This document shows positions 21,688-31,451 of a stretch of 64,000 nucleotides of DNA, piece after piece (positions within the stretch are counted from its first letter, which is position 1; each line of letters opens with the position of its first letter). The stretch lies in NCBI GenBank assembly GCA_963805945.1, contig CAWDVP010000001.1, positions 1 to 64,000 of the forward strand, read 5' to 3'. Made by a program: the position numbers and the translations under genes. The stretch is from Vulcanimicrobiota bacterium (GTDB lineage Bacteria > Vulcanimicrobiota > Vulcanimicrobiia > Eremiobacterales > Eremiobacteraceae). Under the pieces are notes generated by a model. That model was not told where the DNA came from, made no database searches, and saw only the letters and a program-made list of their open reading frames with translations.

Positions 21688-21771
21688 ACCTTGGTCCTCC
21701 GACGTCAGCGGTTCTATGCGTTGATTACGGGAGCCTGTCCTGGGTGCCAAACCTCTCGGGAGGTCTTTGGA

Positions 21772-24700
21772 ATGCTCCGCGGCATCGTCCTTGCATCGAG
21801 CATTGCCCTCTTCGGCGTTTCGTCCATCGCCGACCTCGCGAATCTGCCCCCAGCGATTGAGCGCGTGGCGATCGACGACAGCGCGAGCGCTCTTCCGAAC
21901 GTACCGGGCGCTTACCATCTGCTGCTCTTCGATGCTGATCGAGTGCAGATGGATCCAAGCGCGGAATCGATCCTACGTGAGTACGATGCTCACCTGACGC
22001 AACAGCTCTACACGCTGTTCCCTGGAGCGAGTTTCACTCGGGCCACGCTGACCGACACCAATCCAGCCACCATCGCGCAGGCATGCGCTGATCACCACGC
22101 CGTTGGCGTTGTCTTCACCGCCGAGGACTGGCCTGGCCGGGTGGGCGGACCGGCCGGCATCGATTCGGCAGCCGTTGGGGTCGCCATTTACGATTGCTAC
22201 GGAGAAGACGAGTACAGCTGGAACGAGTCCAGCCAAGCGAAGCCATCAAGCGGGGACCGTAGCCCCAACGGGCAGCAGCTCATCAACACGCTCGATGACC
22301 TCAGCGATCACGTCGTCGCGAAGATCAGCGACCTGGCCGCAACGCCCAGTCCCACGCGACTTGGCAATCTTCTTAGGTACGGCTACTCGATAGGCACTGG
22401 AGAACGTCGCACTTACTTCGGCCTCGGGCCCGACCCCGCGGGGGCGCGGGTCACCTACGCGTTCGCATTCGGAAGCGCCGCGCGCGCAGGCCTCAAACTC
22501 GGAGATCTCGTCATCTCGATCAATGGCCGCGCCACTATGGGACTTTCGCAAGATCAGCTAAATAGCGCGCTGGTGAGCTTGGGCTCACCCCCGAACACAT
22601 ACGCGCTGGAAGTGCGATCGGCAGACGGCTCAAGGACGACCATCCGCTTCGAGGCACACGACCTGCAGTGGTACCTGACCCACGCCGGAGTCGTCGCCGC
22701 GTCAGCCTCTCCCACGCCCTCACTCGGACAGAGCGACCCGACCGCCGACCGACTGGAGGCGCTCATCCTGGCAGGCGACACTGCGGATTCGAAGGGAGAT
22801 CCAAAGAGCGCGCTTTCAAGGTACCAGGAAGCGCTTGTTCTGGCGCGCCAGGTCGGGAGCCGTGGATACGAGGCCCGGGCTCTCGGCGGCATCGGCGGGG
22901 CGGACATCAACATGGGACTGTATCCAGATGCGCTGAGCAACCTCCAGCAAGCGCTGCCGATCGCCCGGCAGCTCGGCATGCGCGACGCTGAAGCTGCGAT
23001 ACTGGCCGACATCGGACTCGTCTTCTTCAGCACCGGGCGCTACGACGATGCACTCGCCAATGCGCAGCAAGCGCTCACGCTCGACAAGCAGCTCAACAGA
23101 TCGGACAATGAGGTGAGGGCTCTGAGCAACGTCGCGGACATCGAAGACCTCATGGGCCGCTTTGACGACTCCTTGGAAGCCTCGAAGGAAGGGTTGGCTA
23201 TCGCGACGCAGCTGCAGGACGTCCATGGGCAGGCTGCCGCACGTGCGGCCATGGGCAACGTCATGGCGGCGTTGAGCCGCTTCCCGGAAGCTCTCACCCT
23301 CTATCGCGCGGCGCTTGACGATTATCGCGCGTTGAAGGACCCCCGGGGACAGGCTAGGATGCTCGGCAACATCGGGGTCCTACAGGCGTTGGTCGGACAG
23401 TACTCGGATGCGCTTGAATCGCAGGAAGAGGCCATCGCGCTCGCCCGGCAGGCGAGCGACCCACAAACCCAAGCCAAAGCGTTGAACGATATCGCGAACG
23501 TGCAGGCTGAGCTCGGACTGCCTTCGGCTGCCTTGCGATCAAATGGCGAAGCGCTTGAGATCCAACGCAAGATCGGGAACCCGCTCCGTATCGCCACCAG
23601 TCTCACGACTCGAGGCTTCATCGAAAAGGATCTCGCCACGTATGGTGACGCGGAGTCGACTTTTCGTGAGGCGCTCGCCATCTCAACGCAACTTGGGGAC
23701 CAGATCGAGGCGGGATACGTCCTCAACGGACTCGGGGCGGTGCAAGCCGCCCGGGGGCAGTACGCGGCGGCCCTGGCATCCTATCAGAGCGCGCTTGCCA
23801 TCGCGGTACAATCCGGCGACCGCGAAGGGGAGGCGACGCTTTCATGGACCTCGGCCGACGTGCAGCAGCGATTGGGCCTTTTTCGCGACGCCCTTGCGAG
23901 CGCACAGCGCTCTATCGCCCTTCATCGCGCGACTGGATCGCCGGCTTGGCATGGCCTGAGCGCAGCGGCGCACGCGCAAGCCTCTCTCGACGATCCTCCG
24001 GGCGCTATCTCGAACTACGGAGCCGCGATCGATGAGATCGAGCGATTGCGCGGCGCGCTGCCGGAGACGGACAGCCGCACGTCATTCTTTGAACAGGCAT
24101 TGTTCGTGTACGATGATTACATCGCATACTTGCTCGACTTGGATCGACGCTTTCCGGGCACAGGCTACGATCGCAAGGCGTTCGAGATCTTCGAGCGTCG
24201 ACAGGCGCGCACGCTGCTCGACGAGATCTCGCAAAGCGCCGTGCACGGCTTCTCGGGTGTCCCTAGTGCGGTCAGCGATAAGGAGAGTACGATCGCCATA
24301 GAGATCGCGCAGCTGGTGACGAGACTCGCGCGCGCGCGCTCAACCAGTCGCACCACCGCGGCGACGATCGCGTCGTTGGAAGCAGAACTGGGCGCCGTTG
24401 AACAGCAGCGCGATGCGCTCGAAGCAGACATACGTTCCCGCTACCCCGCATATTACGCGCTGCGGCATCCGCGCCCGGTCGACGTTCCGACGTTGCAACG
24501 CGTGCTGCGGCCGGGAGAGGCGATGCTCGTCTACGACGTGCTCAGGACCCGCACCGCATTATGGATCATCACGCCCAGCGCGTTCCAGCTCTTCGAATTG
24601 GAGGGAGGCGCTCAAGACGCTCAAAGCAAGGTCACGCACTACTTGAGCGCCACCCGGTCCGTGCAATCGGCTATAGACACCGGCATCAGCGCAGCCGCGG

Positions 24701-25722
24701 TGCGCCGTCTGGCTGCGCAGACGCTACCCTCCTTTGTGGAGTCGAGTTCGGCGCTCTATCAATGGCTGTTCCCCATCGGTGCCCGCTCGATGATCGCAGC
24801 ATCGACCAGCTTGTACGTCGTGCCGACCGCTGCGCTCTATGACAGCCCATTCGAGGCACTCGCGACGACCGCACCTGGGGAAAGCATCCGATATCTTGTC
24901 GAGGACCATTCGGTCTCATACCTGTCGTCCGCGTCGCTGCTCGCTGTGCTTCGCGCCGGCCTTGAAAAGCGGCGCCAAAGCGAACAGCAGCCCCTCGTGG
25001 CGTTTGCAAACCCGAAATTCGACGAAGGGGTCGCTTCAGGGCCAAGCGCTGCGCCGACTCTTGCGGCGCTGCAGACAAGCGCCGTGTCTCGCATCATCTC
25101 GCGCGGGGCTCAAACATCGGTGTTTCCAGCGCTACCCGGGAGCAAGATCGAGGCGCAGAGCGTGGCCGCGACCATTCAAGGCTCGCCGACGGACATCTAT
25201 CTAGGCGATGAGGCTTCGGTCGCGACCGTCCGACGGTTGAACGCAAACGGGAGCCTTGCGAATTTTCGTTACGTGCTGTTCGCCACGCACGCCGCCTTGC
25301 CCGACACGATCAGCGGCATCGCGCAGCCTTCGCTCGTGCTCGCGCACCCGACGGCGGGTGGGCTATTGACGATGGGCGATGTCTTCGGTCTGTCGCTCAA
25401 CGCCCAGCTCGTGATGCTATCAGCGTGCGAGAGCGGTGGCGGGATAACGACCAAGGGCGAGGGAGTGCAGGGACTGACCCAGGCGTTCATGTACGCCGGA
25501 ACGCCGGTCGTCTCGGTGACGCAATGGGAGGTCGTCGACGACGTTGCGGAGCGGTTCACCCCGGACTTCTTCCTCCGCATGCATAGAAATGCGACGCCCG
25601 CACAAGCGTTGCGCGAGGCAAAGCTCACGATGATCCACGGTTCCGATGCCATGCTTCGACATCCGTTCTTTTGGGCGCCCACGGTCCTCTTCGGCGACGG
25701 GGCCTTTGCGTCGAGCCAGTGA
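21772..25722 (+). CDS. Exported PDZ-TPR-CHAT (caspase-like, HetF-type) protease
   Basis: SD GGGAGGT before ATG 21772; hydrophobic N-terminus; PDZ (GSAARAGLKLGDLVISING); ~40-aa TPR array; CHAT motifs LFATHA (His 25288), VMLSACESG (Cys 25426), GLTQAFMYAG, HPFFWAP. Confidence 0.9.
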   Translation: MLRGIVLASSIALFGVSSIADLANLPPAIERVAIDDSASALPNVPGAYHLLLFDADRVQMDPSAESILREYDAHLTQQLYTLFPGASFTRATLTDTNPATIAQACADHHAVGVVFTAEDWPGRVGGPAGIDSAAVGVAIYDCYGEDEYSWNESSQAKPSSGDRSPNGQQLINTLDDLSDHVVAKISDLAATPSPTRLGNLLRYGYSIGTGERRTYFGLGPDPAGARVTYAFAFGSAARAGLKLGDLVISINGRATMGLSQDQLNSALVSLGSPPNTYALEVRSADGSRTTIRFEAHDLQWYLTHAGVVAASASPTPSLGQSDPTADRLEALILAGDTADSKGDPKSALSRYQEALVLARQVGSRGYEARALGGIGGADINMGLYPDALSNLQQALPIARQLGMRDAEAAILADIGLVFFSTGRYDDALANAQQALTLDKQLNRSDNEVRALSNVADIEDLMGRFDDSLEASKEGLAIATQLQDVHGQAAARAAMGNVMAALSRFPEALTLYRAALDDYRALKDPRGQARMLGNIGVLQALVGQYSDALESQEEAIALARQASDPQTQAKALNDIANVQAELGLPSAALRSNGEALEIQRKIGNPLRIATSLTTRGFIEKDLATYGDAESTFREALAISTQLGDQIEAGYVLNGLGAVQAARGQYAAALASYQSALAIAVQSGDREGEATLSWTSADVQQRLGLFRDALASAQRSIALHRATGSPAWHGLSAAAHAQASLDDPPGAISNYGAAIDEIERLRGALPETDSRTSFFEQALFVYDDYIAYLLDLDRRFPGTGYDRKAFEIFERRQARTLLDEISQSAVHGFSGVPSAVSDKESTIAIEIAQLVTRLARARSTSRTTAATIASLEAELGAVEQQRDALEADIRSRYPAYYALRHPRPVDVPTLQRVLRPGEAMLVYDVLRTRTALWIITPSAFQLFELEGGAQDAQSKVTHYLSATRSVQSAIDTGISAAAVRRLAAQTLPSFVESSSALYQWLFPIGARSMIAASTSLYVVPTAALYDSPFEALATTAPGESIRYLVEDHSVSYLSSASLLAVLRAGLEKRRQSEQQPLVAFANPKFDEGVASGPSAAPTLAALQTSAVSRIISRGAQTSVFPALPGSKIEAQSVAATIQGSPTDIYLGDEASVATVRRLNANGSLANFRYVLFATHAALPDTISGIAQPSLVLAHPTAGGLLTMGDVFGLSLNAQLVMLSACESGGGITTKGEGVQGLTQAFMYAGTPVVSVTQWEVVDDVAERFTPDFFLRMHRNATPAQALREAKLTMIHGSDAMLRHPFFWAPTVLFGDGAFASSQ

Positions 25723-25759
25723 GACGTTATCCCCGGAAGTGGTATGAGGAGAACGTTGC

Positions 25760-26584
25760 GTGACTGACCTCAACCCGCAGGCCAAGCAGATGGCCGATGA
25801 ATCGATGGTGCGCAATTTGGACGCGCAGGCCCGAGCGATCTGGCCGCAGGAAGCTCCGCTCTTCGAGCGCTACGCACTGCCAGTCGACGCACGCATCCTC
25901 GATGCCGGCTGCGGCACCGGCGAGATCGCCTCGCGGCTGGTGGAGCTCTTCCCCACTGGGCAGGTGCTCGGCGTCGACATCATCGACCACCATCTGGAAC
26001 TCGCGCGATCGCGCTACGCCGCCTTAGCGCCCTGGCTGACTTTCGAACATCAAAGCATCTTCGAACTCGATGCCGCTGACCACACCTTCGATCTGACCGT
26101 GTGCCGGCACGTGCTGCATTCGATTCCGCACGCGGACCGCGTCGTGGCAGAGCTCGTGCGCGTCACCCGCCCTGGCGGTTATCTGCATCTTATCCCCGAG
26201 GACTACGGGATGCTCCACTTCCAGCGCGGGGAGCTCGATCCGCGGGATTTCTGGCACGTGGTGCCAGCGAACTTCGGCGCCGCGACCGAGACCGATCTGT
26301 TCATCGGGCGAGACATCTACGGCATCCTCGCCGCCCTGAATCTCGAGCAGATCACTGTGGACTATGTCGTCGTCGACACCGTGCGCGTGCCGCGGGAGAC
26401 GTTCGCCGCTATCATCGAAGCATGGCGCGACGGGTACGTCGACCCCGTCGCCGAGTACACGCCGATCTCACGCGAGTCCGCACTTGCGTATTTCAATCAG
26501 ATGATCGCCAACATCAAGGATCCGAAAGGGTACGCCGTGTGGATGGTCCCTGTGGTCAGCGCCCGCGTGCCTCTCGCCCGCTGA
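25760..26584 (+). CDS. Class I SAM-dependent methyltransferase
   Basis: ILDAGCGTG, FDLTVCRHVL, RVTRPGG. Confidence 0.88.
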   Translation: MTDLNPQAKQMADESMVRNLDAQARAIWPQEAPLFERYALPVDARILDAGCGTGEIASRLVELFPTGQVLGVDIIDHHLELARSRYAALAPWLTFEHQSIFELDAADHTFDLTVCRHVLHSIPHADRVVAELVRVTRPGGYLHLIPEDYGMLHFQRGELDPRDFWHVVPANFGAATETDLFIGRDIYGILAALNLEQITVDYVVVDTVRVPRETFAAIIEAWRDGYVDPVAEYTPISRESALAYFNQMIANIKDPKGYAVWMVPVVSARVPLAR

Positions 26585-26588
26585 ACTC

Positions 26589-27359
26589 TTACGCCCCGAT
26601 GATCCCGAACGCCGCGCCCTTGGGATCCTTCAAGATGGCGAAATGCCCCATGTCGCCGATCGCGATGGGTCCCATGACCACGCGCCCGCCGAGCCGCTTC
26701 GCTTTCGCAACCGTCTTCGCGCAATCCGCGACCTTGAAGTGCGTGATCCAACTCGGCGGCAGCTTCTTGGTCGAGGTGGGCCACATGCCGCATACGCCCT
26801 CGCCACCGAGCGTGAACGGGTAGTATTTGTTGCCGTCGAAATCTTGCGTCTCCATCTTCCATCCGAAGACCGATGTGTAGAACTTGCCTGCGACGGCGGG
26901 CTTCGGTGTGTTGAGATCGTGCCACGTAACCGTGCCCGGCACGCCGTCCAATGCGGCGCCCCGATGCGTGCCCGCCTGCCAGATCGCGACGCCCGCGCCG
27001 CTCGGATCCTGGAGCAGCGCCATACGGCCCTTGTCCATGACGTCCATCGGCCCCATCACGACCTTGCCGCGAGCGGCCTTCGCCTTCTTGACGGTCGCGT
27101 TGGCGCTCTTCACCCATACGTACGGGAGCCAGAACGGCGGCGCTTTCATCTTTCGTTGCGCGTCTTGCATGGGATAGATGGCCGCCACGTCCTTGCCTTT
27201 AAGGCGCATCAGCGAGTAATTCTCGCCGTTCCCCATCGGGATATCCTTCGCCGTCCAACCGAAGATGCCGCGATAGAACTTCTTCGCGCCCGCCACGTCC
27301 TTGGTGCCGAGATCGCACCAGCAGAACTCGCCGGGATTGTATTTCCTGATCACAGCCAT
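26589..27359 (-). CDS. VOC/glyoxalase family protein (duplicated domain)
   Basis: PGEFCWCDL..FYRGIFGW and a second TWHDL..FYTSVFGW; two DPxGA motifs. Confidence 0.9.
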   Translation of the reverse strand: MAVIRKYNPGEFCWCDLGTKDVAGAKKFYRGIFGWTAKDIPMGNGENYSLMRLKGKDVAAIYPMQDAQRKMKAPPFWLPYVWVKSANATVKKAKAARGKVVMGPMDVMDKGRMALLQDPSGAGVAIWQAGTHRGAALDGVPGTVTWHDLNTPKPAVAGKFYTSVFGWKMETQDFDGNKYYPFTLGGEGVCGMWPTSTKKLPPSWITHFKVADCAKTVAKAKRLGGRVVMGPIAIGDMGHFAILKDPKGAAFGIIGA

Positions 27360-27360
27360 G

Positions 27361-27834
27361 TCAGGCGCTCCTTTCCTGCAACGCTGTCGCTAGGCGCTCG
27401 AGGCTTTGGCTCCAACCCTCTTCCATCCCCTGCAAATAGAAGTCGGCGTCGGCGGTCGTCGAAAGCACGTGCGAGTGAACGACGACCTCTGTCTGATCGC
27501 CATGTTCGATGAACGTCACGGTCTGCAAGACCTCAAAGATGGCTTGACCTTTGTCATCTAAGGCGCTGCTGGTGAAAACCAAGCGCTCGGGCTCGACGAT
27601 CTCGCGATAGACGCCCGTCATCGGATAGACCGTGCCGTCGGGACCGCGCATGTGGATGCGGATGGCGCCGCCTGCGCGCACGTCGAGTTCGCAGACCGGA
27701 TTGGTGAAGCCATGCGGTCCCCACCACAACGTCACGAGTTTCGGATCCGTCCACGCTTTGAACACGACATCGCGTCGTGCGTCGCACGTGTGCTTCACCA
27801 TGACTTCCCGTACGGGCTCAGTGCTTTTTGCCAT
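27361..27834 (-). CDS. SRPBCC/AHSA1-domain protein
   Basis: VFKAWTDP..WWGP, DVRAGG, GMEEGWSQSLERL. Confidence 0.9.
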   Translation of the reverse strand: MAKSTEPVREVMVKHTCDARRDVVFKAWTDPKLVTLWWGPHGFTNPVCELDVRAGGAIRIHMRGPDGTVYPMTGVYREIVEPERLVFTSSALDDKGQAIFEVLQTVTFIEHGDQTEVVVHSHVLSTTADADFYLQGMEEGWSQSLERLATALQERSA

Positions 27835-28171
27835 GTCTTCTTCTCTCTTTCTGTTCGATATCGCGCAACACGACATCGAGGCGTTGGAAGCTCTCTTCCC
27901 AGAACCGTCGGTAGACGTCCGCCCACTCGGCGACCTTCTTGATCGCGCTCGGTCGCAGGGCGCAGTACTGTTCTCTACCCCTGCGTTGTTTCTCGATGAG
28001 CTGCGCCCGCTGCAAGTAGGCCACATGCTTTGAGATCGCTTGCTGGGAGATCGCAAACGGCTTGGCGAGCTCGTTCACCGTCGCCGGCCCTCGGGCAAGA
28101 CGACCCAAGATCGTTCGGCGCGTCGGATCCGATAGGGCGGCGAATGCATCGCTGAGACTATCCACAACCAT
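27818..28171 (-). CDS. ArsR/SmtB-family transcriptional regulator
   Basis: FAALSDPTRRTIL..ATVNELAKPF.ISQQAISKHV. Confidence 0.92.
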   Translation of the reverse strand: MVVDSLSDAFAALSDPTRRTILGRLARGPATVNELAKPFAISQQAISKHVAYLQRAQLIEKQRRGREQYCALRPSAIKKVAEWADVYRRFWEESFQRLDVVLRDIEQKERRRHGKKH

Positions 28172-28180
28172 ATAGTTGTG
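28163..28180. promoter_or_regulatory. Putative ArsR autoregulatory operator CACAAC-N6-GTTGTG
   Basis: Perfect 6-bp inverted repeat overlapping the regulator's start codon. Confidence 0.6.
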
Positions 28181-28340
28181 CATTGTTGATCGAGCTCCTC
28201 CCCGATCCATCACAGATGAGGTCTGTCCCGCAGGTCAGTAGATCCCGCTCATGCTCACGAGTTTTTCATTCTGCTGCGGGTCCTTTTCCAAGGTAACGCG
28301 GTTACTATGGTGCCGAGGCCATGAGGCATAGGCTTGGAGG

Positions 28341-28901
28341 ATGCGGATGATACGATACGTTGCGTTCGGGGCGATCGGGGTGGTGATAGCAGGGCTGATC
28401 GCGGTCTATCTCGCGGTGAGCTTCGGCCTGATCCCCGCCAACGCCGACGCCAAACCGAGCGCCCTCGAGCGTTGGGCGGCCCGCCGCTCGCTGCATGCGA
28501 CCGTAGCGCGCGAGGCGCCGAAGGAGCCTGATCCGGTCCCGGCCGACGACACGAATCTCACCACCGCCGTGAAGCTGTACGCCGACAACTGCATGGTCTG
28601 CCATGGCGCCTCGGACGGCCTCGCCTCGAACGTAGCCGTAGGGCTCTACCAGCATGCGCCGCAACTCGGCAGACACGGCGTCGAGGACGATCCCGAGGGA
28701 GAGACTTACTGGAAGATCGAGCACGGCATCCGGCTCACCGGCATGCCCGCATTCGGAAAGTCGCTCACCGAGACCCAGCTATGGCAGCTTGCGACCCTCC
28801 TCAAGCACATGGACTCGCTCCCGCCCAAAGCCCAAGCCGCTTGGAACAAACTCCCGAGTCAGGCCAGTGCGTCGCGGCCGCCCGCGGGAGCTCATGCGTG
28901 A
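28341..28901 (+). CDS. Membrane-anchored monoheme cytochrome c
   Basis: N-terminal TM, CMVCHG, GIRLTGMP. Confidence 0.9.
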   Translation: MRMIRYVAFGAIGVVIAGLIAVYLAVSFGLIPANADAKPSALERWAARRSLHATVAREAPKEPDPVPADDTNLTTAVKLYADNCMVCHGASDGLASNVAVGLYQHAPQLGRHGVEDDPEGETYWKIEHGIRLTGMPAFGKSLTETQLWQLATLLKHMDSLPPKAQAAWNKLPSQASASRPPAGAHA

Positions 28902-28913
28902 GCGAAGCCCGCT

Positions 28914-29591
28914 CTACCATATAAAGGGGACGAGGCGGCAGCGCACTCTATTGCGATATTCCGTATAGCCCCGCAGGTTCTGTTCCAAGAACCGCTCTTC
29001 ATCGACCAGTCTCCACACGATCACCAGCGCGATCGGAATGACGGTGAGCAAGCCCCACCACGAGCCGAGGGCGAGCGGCACCCCCACGAGCATGACCAGG
29101 GCGCCGGCGTACATCGGATGACGGACGACCGAATACGGCCCTGTCGATACGACTCTCTGCTCCGCCTCGACGCCGATCATCGCCGCGGTGAACGTGTTCT
29201 CCTTGAAGACGAAGAACACGATGAGAAGTCCGAGAGCGACCAACACATCGCCCACCGCGACCACAACAAGCGGCAGCACGGACCATCCCAAACGATGGTC
29301 GAGTGCGGGCACGATGAACATCGCGATGAACGAGACCGAAGCGAGGACTTGGATGACCTTCTGGCTCGTGCGCGTCTCCGCGGCCGGGCCTGCGTTCATG
29401 CGCCGCTCCAAGAGCTTGGAATCGTTCTTCATCACAAATAAAGTGATCGCCAGCACCGCTGTCGAGAACACGGCGAGAAACACCCAGGCCTGCCAGTAAT
29501 GCAGGGTCCACGCCGGAATGAACAACGCTGCCGACACGATGACGATGAGATTCAGCAGGCCGACGAACGCCTTCCGATTCAGGTCCTTCAC
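28914..29591 (-). CDS. Isoprenylcysteine carboxyl methyltransferase (ICMT/PEMT) family membrane protein
   Basis: ENTF, VVSTGPYSVVRHPMYAG, EERFL..GYTEY..V..RLVPFIW. Confidence 0.9.
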   Translation of the reverse strand: MKDLNRKAFVGLLNLIVIVSAALFIPAWTLHYWQAWVFLAVFSTAVLAITLFVMKNDSKLLERRMNAGPAAETRTSQKVIQVLASVSFIAMFIVPALDHRLGWSVLPLVVVAVGDVLVALGLLIVFFVFKENTFTAAMIGVEAEQRVVSTGPYSVVRHPMYAGALVMLVGVPLALGSWWGLLTVIPIALVIVWRLVDEERFLEQNLRGYTEYRNRVRCRLVPFIW

Positions 29592-29616
29592 TGAAAGATC
29601 GTTCTGACGTCCGCAG

Positions 29617-30564
29617 CTATCTCGGGCGCAGGGCCTGCAATAGTTCGCCCACCACGCCACGCCGGAACACGCTCACCACGATGATGAAGATGACACCGAG
29701 GACGAGGCCAGGCGAGGTCGTCAGCGTCGAGAGCTTGTCGTTTATGATGAGATAGAACGCTGCGCCGAAAAGCGGGCCGAAGATGGTGCCGATGCCGCCG
29801 AGCACCGTCATGATGACCACCTCGCCCGAGGTGTGCCAGTCGAGCGTGTTGAGCGACGTGAAGCGATGGGAGATGACGAACAAGCTTCCCGCCAGCCCCG
29901 AGAGCGCCGCGGAGATCACAAAGGCCACGAACTTGTAGACGTGCGATCCGTAGCCCAAGCTGATCGCGCGCGGTTCGTTCTCCCGGATCGCCTTGAGCAC
30001 TTGCCCGAACGGCGAGGTGACGACCCGCAGCATGAACGCGATCGACAGCGCGGCGATCGCCAGCGTTATGTAGTAGAGCAAACGGTCGTCGTCGAGCACG
30101 AAGTGGCCGAAAAGCGCGGGTCGTGGCACGCCTTGCAAGCCGTCCTCGCCGCCCGTCCAGCTGCCGAACTGATTGGCGAGGAAATAGACCATCTGCCCGA
30201 ACGCCAACGTGATCATCGCGAAGTAGATGCCCTGCCGGCGGATCGAGACGGCGCCGATGATGGCCGCCATGCACGCGGCGGCGACCATCCCGGCGAGCAC
30301 GGCGGGGACGAAGGACCAGTGCCCGCGCAGGATCAGCAGACCGGTGACGTACGACGCGCCGCCCCAGAACATCGCGTGGCCGAACGACAGCAGGCCCGCA
30401 TAGCCGAGCAGAACGTCGAATGCGGCCGCGAATAGCGCCCAGATGACGATGTCGGTGGCCAAACCGACGTAGAGCACGTGCGGCAAGACCAGGCCCGCCG
30501 CAAGCGCGACGAGGCCGAGCAACAGCGCGGTCCGCTGATCCCCGCCCACAAGGCGAGCGATCAA
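29617..30564 (-). CDS. livM: Branched-chain amino acid-type ABC transporter permease (LivM-like)
   Basis: LLGYAGLLSFGHA, GIYFAMITLAF, TGGEDG, AIRENEPRA, VLGGIGT. Confidence 0.88.
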   Translation of the reverse strand: MIARLVGGDQRTALLLGLVALAAGLVLPHVLYVGLATDIVIWALFAAAFDVLLGYAGLLSFGHAMFWGGASYVTGLLILRGHWSFVPAVLAGMVAAACMAAIIGAVSIRRQGIYFAMITLAFGQMVYFLANQFGSWTGGEDGLQGVPRPALFGHFVLDDDRLLYYITLAIAALSIAFMLRVVTSPFGQVLKAIRENEPRAISLGYGSHVYKFVAFVISAALSGLAGSLFVISHRFTSLNTLDWHTSGEVVIMTVLGGIGTIFGPLFGAAFYLIINDKLSTLTTSPGLVLGVIFIIVVSVFRRGVVGELLQALRPR

Positions 30565-31448
30565 CGCGCGACCTGCTCCGGGGAACCGAAAAGACCGGAG
30601 GGCCGGACGAGCAAGACCGCCGCCATGATCAAGAAGATCAGCGTGTTGGCGATCGGCGGGTATACCACCGCGCCGAGCGCGGCGATGACGCCGACCAGGT
30701 AGCCGGTGATGATCGAGCCTTTGATCGATCCCATGCCGCCGATAACCACGACCGCGAACGTGGTGATGATGATATCCGAACCCATGACCGGCGTGACGTT
30801 GGTGGTCGGCGCGGCGAGCACGCCGGCGAGCGCCGCGAGCGCGACGCCGAAGCCGAACACGAGCGTCGTGAGCATGGAGACGTCGATGCCGAACGCCTGC
30901 GTCAGCGTCGGGTTCTCCGTCGCCGCCCGGACCCGTGCGCCGAGCGACGTCTTCTCGATCGCGAACCACACGCCGGCGCAGATCGCGCTCGCCAGCACGA
31001 TCACCAGCAGCCGATAGACGGGATAGAAGGTGATCCCGAGATTCGACCGCGCCCGACAGGCTTGCGGGGATCGCGTACGGCGTGCCCTGCGTGCCGAAGA
31101 ACAGCTTCATGAAGTCCTCGATCACGAGTGCGAGGCCGAACGTGAGCAGCAGGTTGTAGAGCGGGTCGAGCGGCATCAAGCGCCGGATGCAGCGTCCGCT
31201 CGCATCAGCATGCCGAAGAGCGCCGACGATGAGCGGCACGAGCAGCAGGGCCCACCAAGAACGGCAATGCCCAGCCACTTGGCCGCGAGATACGCGCCGA
31301 ACGCGCCGAGCATGTACATCGCGCCGTGCGCGAAGTTCACGATGCGCATCATGCCGAAGATGATCGCCAGGCCCAGGCTCAGCAGCGCGTAGAACGCGCC
31401 GCTGACCAGGCCGTTGAAGAGCTGCAGCCCGAGGTAGCTAAGCCCCAC
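30561..31448 (-). CDS. livH: ABC transporter permease (LivH-like); frameshifted
   Basis: GLAIIFGMMRIVNFAHGA, LGARVRAATEN, FAVVVIGGMGS. Confidence 0.88.
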
Positions 31449-31451
31449 GGC

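Noticed and set aside
21106..21771. N-terminal extension of the CHAT ORF overlapping the opposite-strand gene
   Set aside because: Arg-rich shadow translation. SD-supported starts at 21772 (+) and 21687 (-) give a normal divergent pair.
29617..31278. Apparent LivH-LivM fusion
   Set aside because: The middle part is off-frame. LivH ends at 30561, overlapping a TTG start of LivM.
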